In this document: piece by piece, positions 38,093 to 48,250 of the stretch
Position numbering within the stretch: position 1 is the first letter of the stretch
How the letters are laid out: every line of letters begins with the position of its first letter
DNA from: an uncultured Cellvibrionales bacterium
GTDB taxonomy: Bacteria > Pseudomonadota > Gammaproteobacteria > Pseudomonadales > GM7GCV1
Assembly (NCBI GenBank): GCA_913063225.1
Contig: CAJXYP010000006.1
Location: forward strand, 5,607-69,606
Direction of reading: 5' to 3'
DNA length: 64,000 bases
Notes under the pieces: model-generated
Told to the model about the DNA's origin: nothing
What the model saw: the letters and a program-made list of their open reading frames with translations, nothing else
The model's database searches: none
Translations under genes and position numbers: made by a program

Positions 38093-39246
38093 CACCAAAC
38101 CGTCTTTTCATTACCGGCGAGATGCCAGTCAACATACCAATCTTGTTTTTCGATTAGTGGTAAGAGCGCAGTTTTTATCCAATCGGCAAAATTTTGCAGC
38201 TCTGGATCTTGCTCACAGGTTTCCAGCAGATAGCGGAGTGCCAAGGGCATATCATTCAAATATTCAGTTTTGCCGTCTCGCAGACTCAGCCTTGCAAAAA
38301 TACCTAGAACCTTCAGATGGCGCTGCGCACTCATTGATTCAAACCAGATGGGGAAACTCGCTATCCCTTCCTCGTCGATTACTCCTCTTTCTAGCAATTT
38401 ATTAGCGAATTCATCTCTAACCGCTTCAACTTTAGATCGGTTCCATCGCAAATAAACGTCTCGACTAAGGGATACCAAATCGTATGTTACCGGACCCCAA
38501 ACGGCGTCTTGAAAATCTATTACCCCGGGACTATCCGAGCCGATATCTAACAAATTTCGACAATGATAATCACGATGAACTAGCACCTGAGGCTGCGCCA
38601 GAGATTGAGACACCAAATACTTGAACGCCGAGGCGATCAGCTCTGATTCGGAGGCATCTACTGGATAGTCCAGAAGTTGCTGCACAAACCAGGTCGGAAA
38701 CAACTCCATTTCCTGTAGCAACAACCCATCAGAATAGCGCGGTAACCAGGCCGGTCGATCCTCGCAATGCTGTATTTTCGTCAAGGCATTGATCGCATCG
38801 CGGTACAAGCGATCTGCATTATCCATATTGATCTGATCAAGAAGAGAGTTTTGGTATAGCTCATCCCCCAAATCTTCAATCACCAACATTCCTGCTCGCA
38901 AATCTGCTGTGTATATTTTTGGAACCCGTACTTCCAATGAATCCAAAAGATGCGATACCCGCATAAAGGACACCCAGTCTTCGTCACAGGTTTCCGCATA
39001 AACCCCTAGAACGCTCGGATGCGTCGACAATCGGAAATAATTTCGGAAACCCGCGTCGCCATGAAGTCTATGGGCAGTAATTTCTTTGTCCCGCTGAACT
39101 GCATCCGGCAGATACTTATCTGCAAGATTGATAATTTCTTGTTCAAGGAGGGAATTTTCGGCCAGCGTTCGCATGCGGATTACTTTACACTGTAACGCTT
39201 TAGTCATACCAGCTTCGAAACGCGGTTTGATGGTGTGATTCAACAA
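38092..39246 (-). CDS. amgK: aminoglycoside-phosphotransferase-fold sugar kinase (anomeric MurNAc/GlcNAc kinase)
   Basis: APH-type motifs (VLVHRDYHCRNLL, VIDFQDAVWGP). Divergent from lptD. The true start may be the internal Met at 39207 or 39174. Confidence 0.75.
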   Translation of the reverse strand: MLNHTIKPRFEAGMTKALQCKVIRMRTLAENSLLEQEIINLADKYLPDAVQRDKEITAHRLHGDAGFRNYFRLSTHPSVLGVYAETCDEDWVSFMRVSHLLDSLEVRVPKIYTADLRAGMLVIEDLGDELYQNSLLDQINMDNADRLYRDAINALTKIQHCEDRPAWLPRYSDGLLLQEMELFPTWFVQQLLDYPVDASESELIASAFKYLVSQSLAQPQVLVHRDYHCRNLLDIGSDSPGVIDFQDAVWGPVTYDLVSLSRDVYLRWNRSKVEAVRDEFANKLLERGVIDEEGIASFPIWFESMSAQRHLKVLGIFARLSLRDGKTEYLNDMPLALRYLLETCEQDPELQNFADWIKTALLPLIEKQDWYVDWHLAGNEKTVW

Positions 39247-39278
39247 AAACAGTCAAAACATATATCAAGATCAATTCA

Positions 39279-41819
39279 TTGAGTAGAGAGACTAATAAAC
39301 TAACTATTTTATTGATAGTCCCTATCTTAATAGGGCTGTTATTGGCTGGTGCTGCGTCGAATATTTGGGCACAGCAAGAGCAAGCATCTGGTGCCGCCGC
39401 ACTCGAATGGGTGACCCGAGAAAATCTCAGCCCAGAACTGCTGGCAAGCTGTCCCAGAAGCTGCAGTGGTATGTATCTGGAGCAACAGAGAGACTACGAG
39501 AACGTCGATCTCGATCCCCGCACCGCGAGCATTGAAGTTATTTCTGATTTATCAGAGATCGGTGGCAGCGACAATATCGCAACTATGGAAGGAAACGTAG
39601 AGTTAACTCAGGGGTGGAGATCAGTCGAGGCAGACCAGGTGCGCATTCTTCAGGCAGAAGATCGTATCGAGATGCTTGGCGATATCCGAATGCGAGAACC
39701 CGGTATGCTAATTACCGGTCGAGCCGCCTCAATAGAAAGTAGTTCTCAGGCTTTGCAATTCGACGAGGCGGAATTTGTTTTGCATGACATTGGAGTGCGA
39801 GGCACAGCGGATGAGGTGGGTCGTGACGCCAACGGCCGGTTTTATATTCTAAACGCTACATATAGCACCTGCGAACCGGGTCAAGACAATTGGTCTCTTT
39901 CCGCCAGTGAAATATCCATAGACGAAAATCAGCTGTTTGCTACTGCACGCAACATGACCATTCGAATCGGAAAAGTACCCGTATTCTATGCCCCATGGTT
40001 CGCCTTCCCTGTAGGCGAAGGCCGCCAAACCGGCATGCTTTATCCTTCTGTAAGCCACAGCACAGACAACGGTTTAGATGTTACACAACCTGTGTATCTA
40101 AACCTTGCTCCAAATTTCGACATGACTCTCGCTCCGCGCTACATTGAGAATCGCGGCAGCGGGCTGGAAGTTGAAGCGCGCTACCTCAATCAACGTTCTT
40201 TGAACCAAATAAATACCGCGCTGCTTCCAGATGACAAGGGCGGCGCAAACAACAGCAGAACCGGCAAAGACAGATGGCTCCTTGGTATAGCGCATCAGGG
40301 CGACTGGGGGTTTCCGCAAAGTTTTGTAGACTATAACCAGGTCAGTGATACCGATTACTTTGAAGATCTGGGTTCAGCAATTACCGAAGTTGATACAAGA
40401 ACCTACTTAAAACAGTTTGGCCAAGTTTCTGCAGATACCGAACATTGGTATATGTCTGCTTCGCTGTTGCGATATCAAACCATTGCAGATGACCTTGTGG
40501 ACTCCTATCGAGAGCTACCCAGCCTTTCTTTTAATGGAGATTATCAATGGGCCGGACTCAATTGGAAGCTAAATCACCAATTGGTAAATTTTGATCACCC
40601 GCTAAACAACGCGCTAAATTCAGCTCCCTTGTTACAGGGTGATGCAGATGGAACATGGATTACCGGGCAACGCGCGGGATTTGATTACAGCCTCGAAGAG
40701 CAATTCTCAGTCCCATGGGGCAAGCTAGACGCTGAAGTCTTGAGCATGCTGCGCCTATATCAACTCGACAACTCCGTGGCTGGATATCAAGACTCTAGCC
40801 CTCAAATCCAAGCCGGCGGCATACGCCTATATAGCGAAGTAAACTTTGAGCGTCGGGCTGAGCTCTTTGGATCTAGGTGGATTCAATCGCTTGAGCCGTC
40901 AATTCAGTATCTGAATGTCGACGCTCAGTCCCAAAATAACATTCCCGTATTTGATACCCGCGCTGCGTCTCCATCGTATAGCGGGCTTTTCAGGACAAAT
41001 CGATTCATGGGTGGAGACCGCATCAGTGACGCTAACCAGATTACCTTGGGTATTACGGGTCGTTTGATCGACCCGGTGCAGGGCAACCAAGTTGCTCGTT
41101 TTAGTCTCGGTCAAACATTTTATCTGGAAGATCGTGAAGTACACGCCAACGAGTTAATTCAGTTGGGCCTAGGCGACCCAAGCACCTTCCCCACTGACCA
41201 GCCACTCTATTTACTGGCGCTGGAAACCCAGGAAGAACTAGAGGAGCTGACTCGCGACAGATCCAATCTAATTGCCGAAGCGGAGTTGCGGCTAAGCTCA
41301 GAATGGATTTTTACCACTGACGCACATTTAAATACCTCTAGCAGTAATTTTGAACGTGGACACATCAACTTCTCCTATCTTGGAAGCGACGACCTCAGTG
41401 CTTTCAATGTGGGTTACCGGTACGCCTCTGACCTAACCACCTTTTCGGATATAAATGGCGATAATTTTATTCAATCCGAGGAACTCTTTAACGGTAATAC
41501 GAGTCAATATGATGTATCTGGAGTTAAAGCAGTAAATGAAAACTGGACCTTAGTGGCCCGTTGGCAGCAAGATATCGCCCTCGATCGAGCACTTGAGACT
41601 TTGGTAGGCGCTCGATATGACACTTGCTGCTGGAGCACTGGACTATACTGGCGACAATGGCTTAGGCGCGACGACGATGTCTTGGTTCCACAATCAGATT
41701 TGGAACAAGACAGTGGTATATTTATAAGCTTCGAATTAAAAGGCCTGGCCGGAGTTGGTCAGGGTATTGAATCATTGCTAGAAATCGGCATTCCCGGTTA
41801 CAACAGAGAGACTTTTTGA
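39279..41819 (+). CDS. lptD: LPS-assembly outer-membrane protein LptD
   Basis: 846 aa with a signal peptide, an OstA N-domain (GNVELTQG...ADQV) and a large beta-barrel. Followed by surA-pdxA-rsmA-apaG-apaH. Confidence 0.92.
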   Translation: MSRETNKLTILLIVPILIGLLLAGAASNIWAQQEQASGAAALEWVTRENLSPELLASCPRSCSGMYLEQQRDYENVDLDPRTASIEVISDLSEIGGSDNIATMEGNVELTQGWRSVEADQVRILQAEDRIEMLGDIRMREPGMLITGRAASIESSSQALQFDEAEFVLHDIGVRGTADEVGRDANGRFYILNATYSTCEPGQDNWSLSASEISIDENQLFATARNMTIRIGKVPVFYAPWFAFPVGEGRQTGMLYPSVSHSTDNGLDVTQPVYLNLAPNFDMTLAPRYIENRGSGLEVEARYLNQRSLNQINTALLPDDKGGANNSRTGKDRWLLGIAHQGDWGFPQSFVDYNQVSDTDYFEDLGSAITEVDTRTYLKQFGQVSADTEHWYMSASLLRYQTIADDLVDSYRELPSLSFNGDYQWAGLNWKLNHQLVNFDHPLNNALNSAPLLQGDADGTWITGQRAGFDYSLEEQFSVPWGKLDAEVLSMLRLYQLDNSVAGYQDSSPQIQAGGIRLYSEVNFERRAELFGSRWIQSLEPSIQYLNVDAQSQNNIPVFDTRAASPSYSGLFRTNRFMGGDRISDANQITLGITGRLIDPVQGNQVARFSLGQTFYLEDREVHANELIQLGLGDPSTFPTDQPLYLLALETQEELEELTRDRSNLIAEAELRLSSEWIFTTDAHLNTSSSNFERGHINFSYLGSDDLSAFNVGYRYASDLTTFSDINGDNFIQSEELFNGNTSQYDVSGVKAVNENWTLVARWQQDIALDRALETLVGARYDTCCWSTGLYWRQWLRRDDDVLVPQSDLEQDSGIFISFELKGLAGVGQGIESLLEIGIPGYNRETF

Positions 41820-43120
41820 TGTCTATATTTTTTCTGCGCTTGGGCGCACTGGCCCTGCTAAGTATTGTAGCGCTGCCCTTTACTAGCCCGGCTGTTAGCC
41901 AGGAATTAGATCGTATCGTTGCCATTGTTGATGACGGCGTCGTTATGCAAACACAACTTACCGAAAGGCTCGTAGCCATTCAGCAGCGTTTCGCTAACGA
42001 TCCCGATCAACTGCCACCCGCAGATGTATTAGAAGAACAGATTCTCGAACGACTCATCGTTGAAGAACTGCAGATGCAACTTGCGCGTCGCGGCGGTGTG
42101 CGGGTATCGGATGAGCAAATTGACCAGGCATTTTCTGAACTGGCTGTTTCCAATGGGATGGAGCCAACTCAGTTTCTTGAGGAGCTTTCTTCCTTCGGTG
42201 AATCTAGTGTCACCAAGGTAATTCGTGACCTTCAGAACGAGCTAATAATCCAACAGCTTCAGCAAATTCAGGTGCCTCAGCGTATTCAAATCACAGATGC
42301 CGAAGTCGAGAGCTTCCTCGTGTCTGCAGAAGGGAAAATGTGGTCTGCTCCCGAGTTACTCCTGCAGCATATCTTTTTGGAGCTGCCAAGCACGGCTGGC
42401 CCCAGTGAAGTATCGCTAGCGGAAGAAACCATGGCCAGAGTTATCCGTGAGTTCGATTCCGGAAGCGATTTTGGAAATCTTGCAGTCCAATATTCTACCT
42501 CTCCGACGTCGCTAGATGGCGGCCAGATCGGCTGGAGAAGAGGGATCGAATTCGCACCAGAAATTGGCGTTGTGCTTGAAGAAGTTAATCCCGGTGATAT
42601 CGCAGGCCCGGTGCGTGGTGCTGGCGGCATCCATCTATTTTTGGTGACAGATGTTCGCGGTGGTGATGAAGCTACCATGGTTCAGCAAACCAAAACTCGT
42701 CATATCCTGGTTCGACCAAATGAAATCCGTTCGGAGACAGATGCTCGCGAATTAATCGAGTTAATTGCAGCCAAGCTTGATGAAGGCGAAACATTTGAAG
42801 AACTCGCACGAACTTATTCTGACGACGTGGCAAATGCCCTCGACGGTGGTGATCTCGGATGGGTACTACCCGGTCAAATGGTTCCTGAGTTTGAGGCCGC
42901 AACCGACCTAACCCCCAATGGGGAGACGAGCGAGCCTGTATTGACTGCTTTTGGTTGGCATATTCTCTTGGTCGAAGATCGCCGCGATGTAGATATGAGC
43001 GACGATATCATGCGACAGCAGGCAACCAATGTAATTGGCAGCCAGCGCTTTGAAGAAGAGCTGGATTTGTGGATTCGAGAATTACGCAGTGAAGCCTTTA
43101 TCCAGATTCTAGAAAACTAA
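41816..43120 (+). CDS. surA: periplasmic chaperone / peptidyl-prolyl isomerase SurA
   Basis: 434 aa with a signal peptide, DRIVAIVDDGVV and two parvulin domains (GGQIGW.., GGDLGW..FGWHILLVEDRR). Confidence 0.92.
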   Translation: MMSIFFLRLGALALLSIVALPFTSPAVSQELDRIVAIVDDGVVMQTQLTERLVAIQQRFANDPDQLPPADVLEEQILERLIVEELQMQLARRGGVRVSDEQIDQAFSELAVSNGMEPTQFLEELSSFGESSVTKVIRDLQNELIIQQLQQIQVPQRIQITDAEVESFLVSAEGKMWSAPELLLQHIFLELPSTAGPSEVSLAEETMARVIREFDSGSDFGNLAVQYSTSPTSLDGGQIGWRRGIEFAPEIGVVLEEVNPGDIAGPVRGAGGIHLFLVTDVRGGDEATMVQQTKTRHILVRPNEIRSETDARELIELIAAKLDEGETFEELARTYSDDVANALDGGDLGWVLPGQMVPEFEAATDLTPNGETSEPVLTAFGWHILLVEDRRDVDMSDDIMRQQATNVIGSQRFEEELDLWIRELRSEAFIQILEN

Positions 43121-43152
43121 GTCTGTTTTCTTCTTAGCGGAGATATACCAAA

Positions 43153-44133
43153 ATGCGCGTCGTTGTCACTCCTGGTGAACCTTCGGGTATTGGCCCAGAC
43201 GTTCTCATTGGAGCCTGCCATCGGGATTGGCCTACGCAGCTAGTGACCATTGGAGATTCCGCGCTTTTAGAGGCTCGAGCTTCTGACTTAGGTATTGCGC
43301 TGGATATTCAACCCTTTGATGCATCGGATCCACACCGAAGTCACACAAAAGGAAGAATTGAAATTGTTGAACACCCCTGCAGATACCCGGTTTCCTGTGG
43401 CCAACTGGAAGTTGGCAACGCGGGATGGATAATAGATACGCTTAGGCTTGCCGCTCAGGGCTGTATGAACAATAGCTTTGCCGCTGTTACTACCGCTCCG
43501 GTAAATAAGGGAATAATTAACGATAGCGGTTTGGCTTTTTCAGGGCATACGGAATACTTTGCTGAAATAGCGGGAATTGATCGAGTAGTCATGATGTTGG
43601 CTACTTCATCCTTACGAGTAGCTCTAGCGACCACTCACCTGCCCTTGCGGGAAGTACCAGACGCCATTACCAGAGACTCTCTTAGAGGAGTTATCTCAAT
43701 ACTGATAGACGAACTTCAAAACAAATTTGATATAGCCAATCCTCGGATATTAGTCGCCGGCTTAAATCCGCACGCAGGTGAAATGGGCCATTTAGGTAGT
43801 GAAGAGATCGATATTATCCAGCCGGTTTTAGCGGAGTTCGAAGGATCGGCGGCAAGTATTATTGGGCCACTGCCTGCAGATACCCTCTTTACTCCAGAGT
43901 ACCTCAACACCGCAGATGCGGTATTGGCTATGTACCACGATCAGGGCTTGCCCGTACTCAAAAGCCAAGGGTTCGGAGAGGCCGTAAATATTACCTTAGG
44001 CCTGCCCTTTATCCGGACATCCGTAGACCATGGGACGGCACTACCCCTCGCAGGCACAGGCAAGGCAAAAGACACTAGTATGGTCGCAGCTATTCAACTG
44101 GCGTTCGATTTAGCGGCAAACAAAATTGCATAA
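43153..44133 (+). CDS. pdxA: 4-hydroxythreonine-4-phosphate dehydrogenase
   Basis: 326 aa with GEPSGIGPD, FSGHTEYFA, GLNPHAGE and DHGTA motifs. Confidence 0.95.
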   Translation: MRVVVTPGEPSGIGPDVLIGACHRDWPTQLVTIGDSALLEARASDLGIALDIQPFDASDPHRSHTKGRIEIVEHPCRYPVSCGQLEVGNAGWIIDTLRLAAQGCMNNSFAAVTTAPVNKGIINDSGLAFSGHTEYFAEIAGIDRVVMMLATSSLRVALATTHLPLREVPDAITRDSLRGVISILIDELQNKFDIANPRILVAGLNPHAGEMGHLGSEEIDIIQPVLAEFEGSAASIIGPLPADTLFTPEYLNTADAVLAMYHDQGLPVLKSQGFGEAVNITLGLPFIRTSVDHGTALPLAGTGKAKDTSMVAAIQLAFDLAANKIA

Positions 44134-44917
44134 ATCCGAGCAGCCCGAGCACAGAGCACGAAAACGTTTCGGCCAAAATTTTCTGGAAGACATCGGCGTA
44201 ATATCGGCTATAGGCAACGCCATATCACCACAACCTAATGAACACATTGTTGAAATTGGCCCTGGTTTAGGTGCACTCACATCGGAGCTTATTGGACGTG
44301 CCAAGCAATTAACCTTGATAGAGCTTGATAGGGATCTATTGCCAAAGCTAGAGCACAAATTTCAGGAGAAAGATGCTTGGTCAATTCTGTCTGCAGATGC
44401 CTTGGAAGTCGATTTCTCTGAGCTCGCAGGTGCCGGCCAAATTCGAGTAGTAGGAAATCTCCCTTACAATATTTCCACGCCCCTGATATTCCATTTGCTG
44501 GAATACGCAAATCAAATACAAGACATGCATTTTATGCTTCAAAAAGAAGTGGTTTTGCGGTTGACCGCAAAACCAGGCACCGGAGCCTGGGGCAGACTCA
44601 GTCTTATGGTGCAGTATTTCTGCGATGCTGAATTCTTGTTGGAAGTCCCGCCTGAGGCTTTTAATCCGGCTCCCAAAGTAGATTCGGCGGTTGTGCGCCT
44701 AACACCAAGGCCGCCACCCTACCCTGCCAAAGACCTGAATCAACTTGAGCTAGTGATTAAAACAGCCTTTGCCCAAAGACGTAAAACCTTGCGTAATACT
44801 CTGAAAAGCCTGTTCAATGCCGAGCAGCTAATCGAACTAGGTATTGATCCTAGCGCGAGAGCCGAAACTCTCCATTTGGAACAATACGTAATGCTATCCA
44901 ATAAACTTACCTCATGA
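44126..44917 (+). CDS. rsmA: 16S rRNA (adenine1518/1519-N6)-dimethyltransferase
   Basis: KRFGQNFL, EIGPGLGALT, GNLPYNISTP. Confidence 0.95.
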   Translation: MHKSEQPEHRARKRFGQNFLEDIGVISAIGNAISPQPNEHIVEIGPGLGALTSELIGRAKQLTLIELDRDLLPKLEHKFQEKDAWSILSADALEVDFSELAGAGQIRVVGNLPYNISTPLIFHLLEYANQIQDMHFMLQKEVVLRLTAKPGTGAWGRLSLMVQYFCDAEFLLEVPPEAFNPAPKVDSAVVRLTPRPPPYPAKDLNQLELVIKTAFAQRRKTLRNTLKSLFNAEQLIELGIDPSARAETLHLEQYVMLSNKLTS

Positions 44918-45288
44918 ATCAACCAATGATCCGCATCAGCGTAGCCCCGCGATTTATCGCCGAACAGTCCAATCCAGAAGTGGGCAAATACTTCTTTTCC
45001 TACACCATCACATTGGTCAACGCTGACACTCAAAGCTGCCAGCTAATTAGTCGACGCTGGCTTATCACTGATGGAGAAGGCAACGAACAAAAGGTAATGG
45101 GCGAAGGCGTTGTTGGTAAGCAACCCATAATCACAGCCGGTGAGTCTTTTACCTATACCAGTGGTGTCTTACTTGATTCTCCCGTTGGCACCATGGAAGG
45201 TAGCTATCAAATGGTTGATCAGGAAAATAGCGCTTTTGAAGTAATCATAGAGCCATTTCTTTTGGCTTTCCCCGGTGCGATCAACTAG
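44914..45288 (+). CDS. apaG: ApaG (DUF525) protein
   Basis: 124 aa with FSYTITLVN, RRWLITDG, GEGVVGKQP and a GTMEGSY motif pattern. Confidence 0.92.
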   Translation: MNQPMIRISVAPRFIAEQSNPEVGKYFFSYTITLVNADTQSCQLISRRWLITDGEGNEQKVMGEGVVGKQPIITAGESFTYTSGVLLDSPVGTMEGSYQMVDQENSAFEVIIEPFLLAFPGAIN

Positions 45289-45303
45289 GGCGGACGGACC
45301 TTC

Positions 45304-46122
45304 ATGGCTATTTATGCAATTGGGGACGTACAAGGCTGCTATGACGAACTGCAATTTCTTCTGGAAAAAGTTAAATTTAGCCCAGAGCAGGACGTACTTT
45401 GGTCATGCGGAGATTTGGTAAATCGTGGGCCAAAGTCTTTAAAAACTCTCCGCTTTTGCAAATCGCTCGGTGATTCCTTTATAAATGTTTTGGGCAATCA
45501 CGACCTGCATATGATGTCTGTTGCTAGAGGTCATCGAAAACCTCGCCCAGCCGACACCTTCCAAAATGTTTTTGATGCTCCGGATAGAGAAGAACTGCTT
45601 GAATGGATGCACAAAATGCCCCTATTCCATTACGACAAAAAACACCAAATTGCTATGGTGCACGCCGGAGTGCCACCCAACTGGGGACTTAAAAAGTGTC
45701 TTAAGTATTCCGCTGAGATTTCAGATGTTTTACGGTCTGATCGGTGCGATGCGTTTTTTGCAGCTATGTACGGTGATAAGCCAGACAGGTGGGACAAGAA
45801 TCTGAAAGGCACCGAACGCTGGCGCCTTATTACAAACTACTTTACTCGTATGAGATTCTGCGATGCCGAAGGTAGATTGGAGTTAACCAATAAATCCAGC
45901 CCAGACCATGCGCCAAAAGGATATGCCCCTTGGTACAGCCATGAGAGCAAACTGATGCAAAAAATGCCGCTGTTATTCGGCCATTGGGCCTCACTAATGG
46001 GGAAAACCGGCTATTCCAGAGCCATAGCATTGGATACCGGCTGTGCCTGGGGCGGAAAATTAACGGTCTGTGAGTTGACCAAGGGCTATCCGCGAACTTC
46101 TATCAAGGCGCTGCAACACTAG
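45304..46122 (+). CDS. apaH: bis(5'-nucleosyl)-tetraphosphatase (symmetrical)
   Basis: MAIYAIGDVQGCYDEL, GDLVNRGP, GNHD, GHWA metallophosphatase motifs. Confidence 0.95.
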   Translation: MAIYAIGDVQGCYDELQFLLEKVKFSPEQDVLWSCGDLVNRGPKSLKTLRFCKSLGDSFINVLGNHDLHMMSVARGHRKPRPADTFQNVFDAPDREELLEWMHKMPLFHYDKKHQIAMVHAGVPPNWGLKKCLKYSAEISDVLRSDRCDAFFAAMYGDKPDRWDKNLKGTERWRLITNYFTRMRFCDAEGRLELTNKSSPDHAPKGYAPWYSHESKLMQKMPLLFGHWASLMGKTGYSRAIALDTGCAWGGKLTVCELTKGYPRTSIKALQH

Positions 46123-46472
46123 TGGCCGATGATAGCTGCACAAATTGCGGTATGTTGTTGAACCCCGAAAACACTAATTGTCCAAAATGCGACGAGCATC
46201 GTTACGCAAAAAACCGCAAACTGACTCTTAGTATCGATATCGCTCACGCACGGCAGACTCTCGCTCAGGCGGAGCAGCAGCTAGATCAAGCCATAGAACA
46301 GGCGATGACAGAACAATTTGGCAACCTAAAAATAATTGTGGGCCGCGGTTTGATTCGCGATGAAATTCATCGTTCACTAGACGCTGCGCAATGGCAAAAT
46401 CGTATTCGTGACTACCAGCCGGAAAAATACAACCAAGGTGCATACGTCATTCAAATGCATCCTTGTACCTAG
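46122..46472 (+). CDS. zinc-ribbon + Smr-like domain protein (tentative)
   Basis: N-terminal CTNCG...CPKC. The C-terminal region resembles Smr (LSIDIAH..A...L...I......LKIIVGRG). The GTG start overlaps the apaH stop (TAGTG). Confidence 0.55.
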   Translation: MADDSCTNCGMLLNPENTNCPKCDEHRYAKNRKLTLSIDIAHARQTLAQAEQQLDQAIEQAMTEQFGNLKIIVGRGLIRDEIHRSLDAAQWQNRIRDYQPEKYNQGAYVIQMHPCT

Positions 46473-46484
46473 GGTCAGGGTCAT

Positions 46485-47583
46485 ATGAATAAATTTGTAG
46501 CCTTACTATTTTGCGTTCTTGTCGCCTTCACAGCGCAGGCTCAGGAACCTAGTAGTATTGAAGCACTGGAGTCGGAGCTCTCAAACTTTGAGCGCTGTAT
46601 TCTATTCAGCACCCTAAATGCACCAAATACAAAGACCGCTGCTGAGATAAAAAGTGAGTGTCACGCTTTGGTTTCGGTAGAGAATACTGAAGTCTATTTG
46701 CAACGACTGGATTGGAGATCCATTGATTGGGAAAACACCGATTTTCCGCGAACTTCTCGCTATCAATCAGCCTACTGAACCCGGTGCCATCACTCAGCGA
46801 GGCGAACTTGAAAATATAAGTAAAAACAGCTCTTTTGTTATTACTCCTCACAAGCCCAACTATCTGCTGCCTGCGGCCTTCACTAGCGACACTAACCTCT
46901 CGCCCTTTGAGGGTCCTGGAGTTGACGCAGGGGAACTAGATCACGCCGAAATGCAGTTTCAGCTGAGCCTGAAATTCCCTCTTGCGGACGATTTTCTAAT
47001 CGACGATTCCAGTATCTGGATGGGTTATACGATTCGAGCTTTTTGGCAGGCCTACAACTCCGATATATCCCGGCCCTTTCGCGAAACTAACCACGAACCG
47101 GAAATATTCTGGAACATACCAAGCACCATTAGCATGCTCGGTATACGCAATGTCTCAAACGAATTGGTTTTTAACCACCAGTCCAACGGTCAATCAGGTA
47201 CCAGATCCCGAAGCTGGAATCGCATTAAGCTCGCCAGCTACTGGGAAAAGGGTAATCTTGGTGTGATTTTTAAACCCTGGTATCGCATACCGGAGGGTCT
47301 GGCTCTAGGAGATCCGGACGAAAATCCAGATATTGAAGATTATATGGGTAACTTAGAGCTGCTTACCAATTACCAGATTCGCGGCCATAGCTTTAGCATG
47401 CTGCTGCGCAATAATCTGAGTAAAGAGAATAAGGGGGCTGCAGAACTATCTTACAGCTTCCCTTGGTTATCCAAAGTGGACGGCACCATCAAATATTTTA
47501 ATGGCTATGGTGAAAGCTTGGTAGACTACAACCGGCACACAGAACGGTTATCATTTGGCATTCAAATAACAGATTGGTTTTAG
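46485..47583 (+). pseudogene. pldA: outer-membrane phospholipase A, frameshifted
   Basis: The signal peptide and N-terminus lie in frame 0 (46485..46778). The barrel with ITPHKPNYLLP, FQLS, PFRETNHEPE, HQSNGQSG..SRSWNR and GYGESLVDYN lies in frame 1 (open from 46681). Confidence 0.85.
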
Positions 47584-47625
47584 AGCGGTTTTCTTAAAAT
47601 GCGCACAGATAATTAGAGGTGAATT

Positions 47626-48180
47626 ATGAGCATTGATCCATTCGAAGGAGCCATTCCCAGCGGTGATTCGACAGAGAAAGTCATCGAATCAAAACAAGAA
47701 GTGCAATACGCAGGCTTTTGGATACGTTTCTTGGCTTCGGTCATCGATTCATTTCTGGTTTTGCTAATAATCGCGCCGATTATTGACATCTTTTACGGTG
47801 AGAAAAGCGCCGTAACTACCAGCTTTTTCGATTCCAGCGGCTTTAGCTCCTATAATTTCGAAAGTATGTCCACGCTTACCGATACTGGTCAGGTCGCCTA
47901 CTTTGTTTTAGTTTTAGCCGTAGTAATGCTGTTTTGGATTTATAGATCAGCAACCCCTGGAAAAATGCTTTTAAGGTTAAAAATTGTTGACGCTACTAGC
48001 GGAGGTCACATATCAAAACGGCAAGGCCTGTTCCGTTATTTCGGCTACTACGTTTCTACTGTATTTTTTTTGCTGGGGTTTATCTGGGCTGGCTTTGATC
48101 CCCGCAAACAGGCATGGCACGACAAAATGGCTGGCACGCTAGTGATACATACCAACAAGGCAGAAAAAAACCCGGAATAA
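47626..48180 (+). CDS. RDD family membrane protein
   Basis: YAGFWIRFLASVIDSFLV..., a later R..D..AGT pattern (WHDKMAGTLVI), and 3 TM segments. Confidence 0.75.
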   Translation: MSIDPFEGAIPSGDSTEKVIESKQEVQYAGFWIRFLASVIDSFLVLLIIAPIIDIFYGEKSAVTTSFFDSSGFSSYNFESMSTLTDTGQVAYFVLVLAVVMLFWIYRSATPGKMLLRLKIVDATSGGHISKRQGLFRYFGYYVSTVFFLLGFIWAGFDPRKQAWHDKMAGTLVIHTNKAEKNPE

Positions 48181-48192
48181 CCGGGCTTTTTA
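48164..48192. terminator. short bidirectional terminator-like hairpin between the RDD gene and rhlB
   Basis: A7, then CCCGG-AATAA-CCGGG (48171-48185), then CTTTTT. The 5-bp GC stem is flanked by A and T tracts. It contains the RDD gene stop codon. Confidence 0.5.
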
Positions 48193-48250
48193 TAATTGCG
48201 CTTTCTTTCTAAGCTTTTTTAGCGCTTAACTAAAACTAAAGATCAAAGTC

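Noticed and set aside
37938-38405. 155-aa plus-strand ORF
   Set aside because: It is antisense to the murU/amgK junction. Both sense genes have clear family motifs, and the antisense product is Arg/Ser-rich with no recognisable features.
42286-42678. 130-aa minus-strand ORF inside surA, with similar antisense ORFs inside the RND permease (13328-13699) and lptD
   Set aside because: These are shadow ORFs within strongly supported CDSs.
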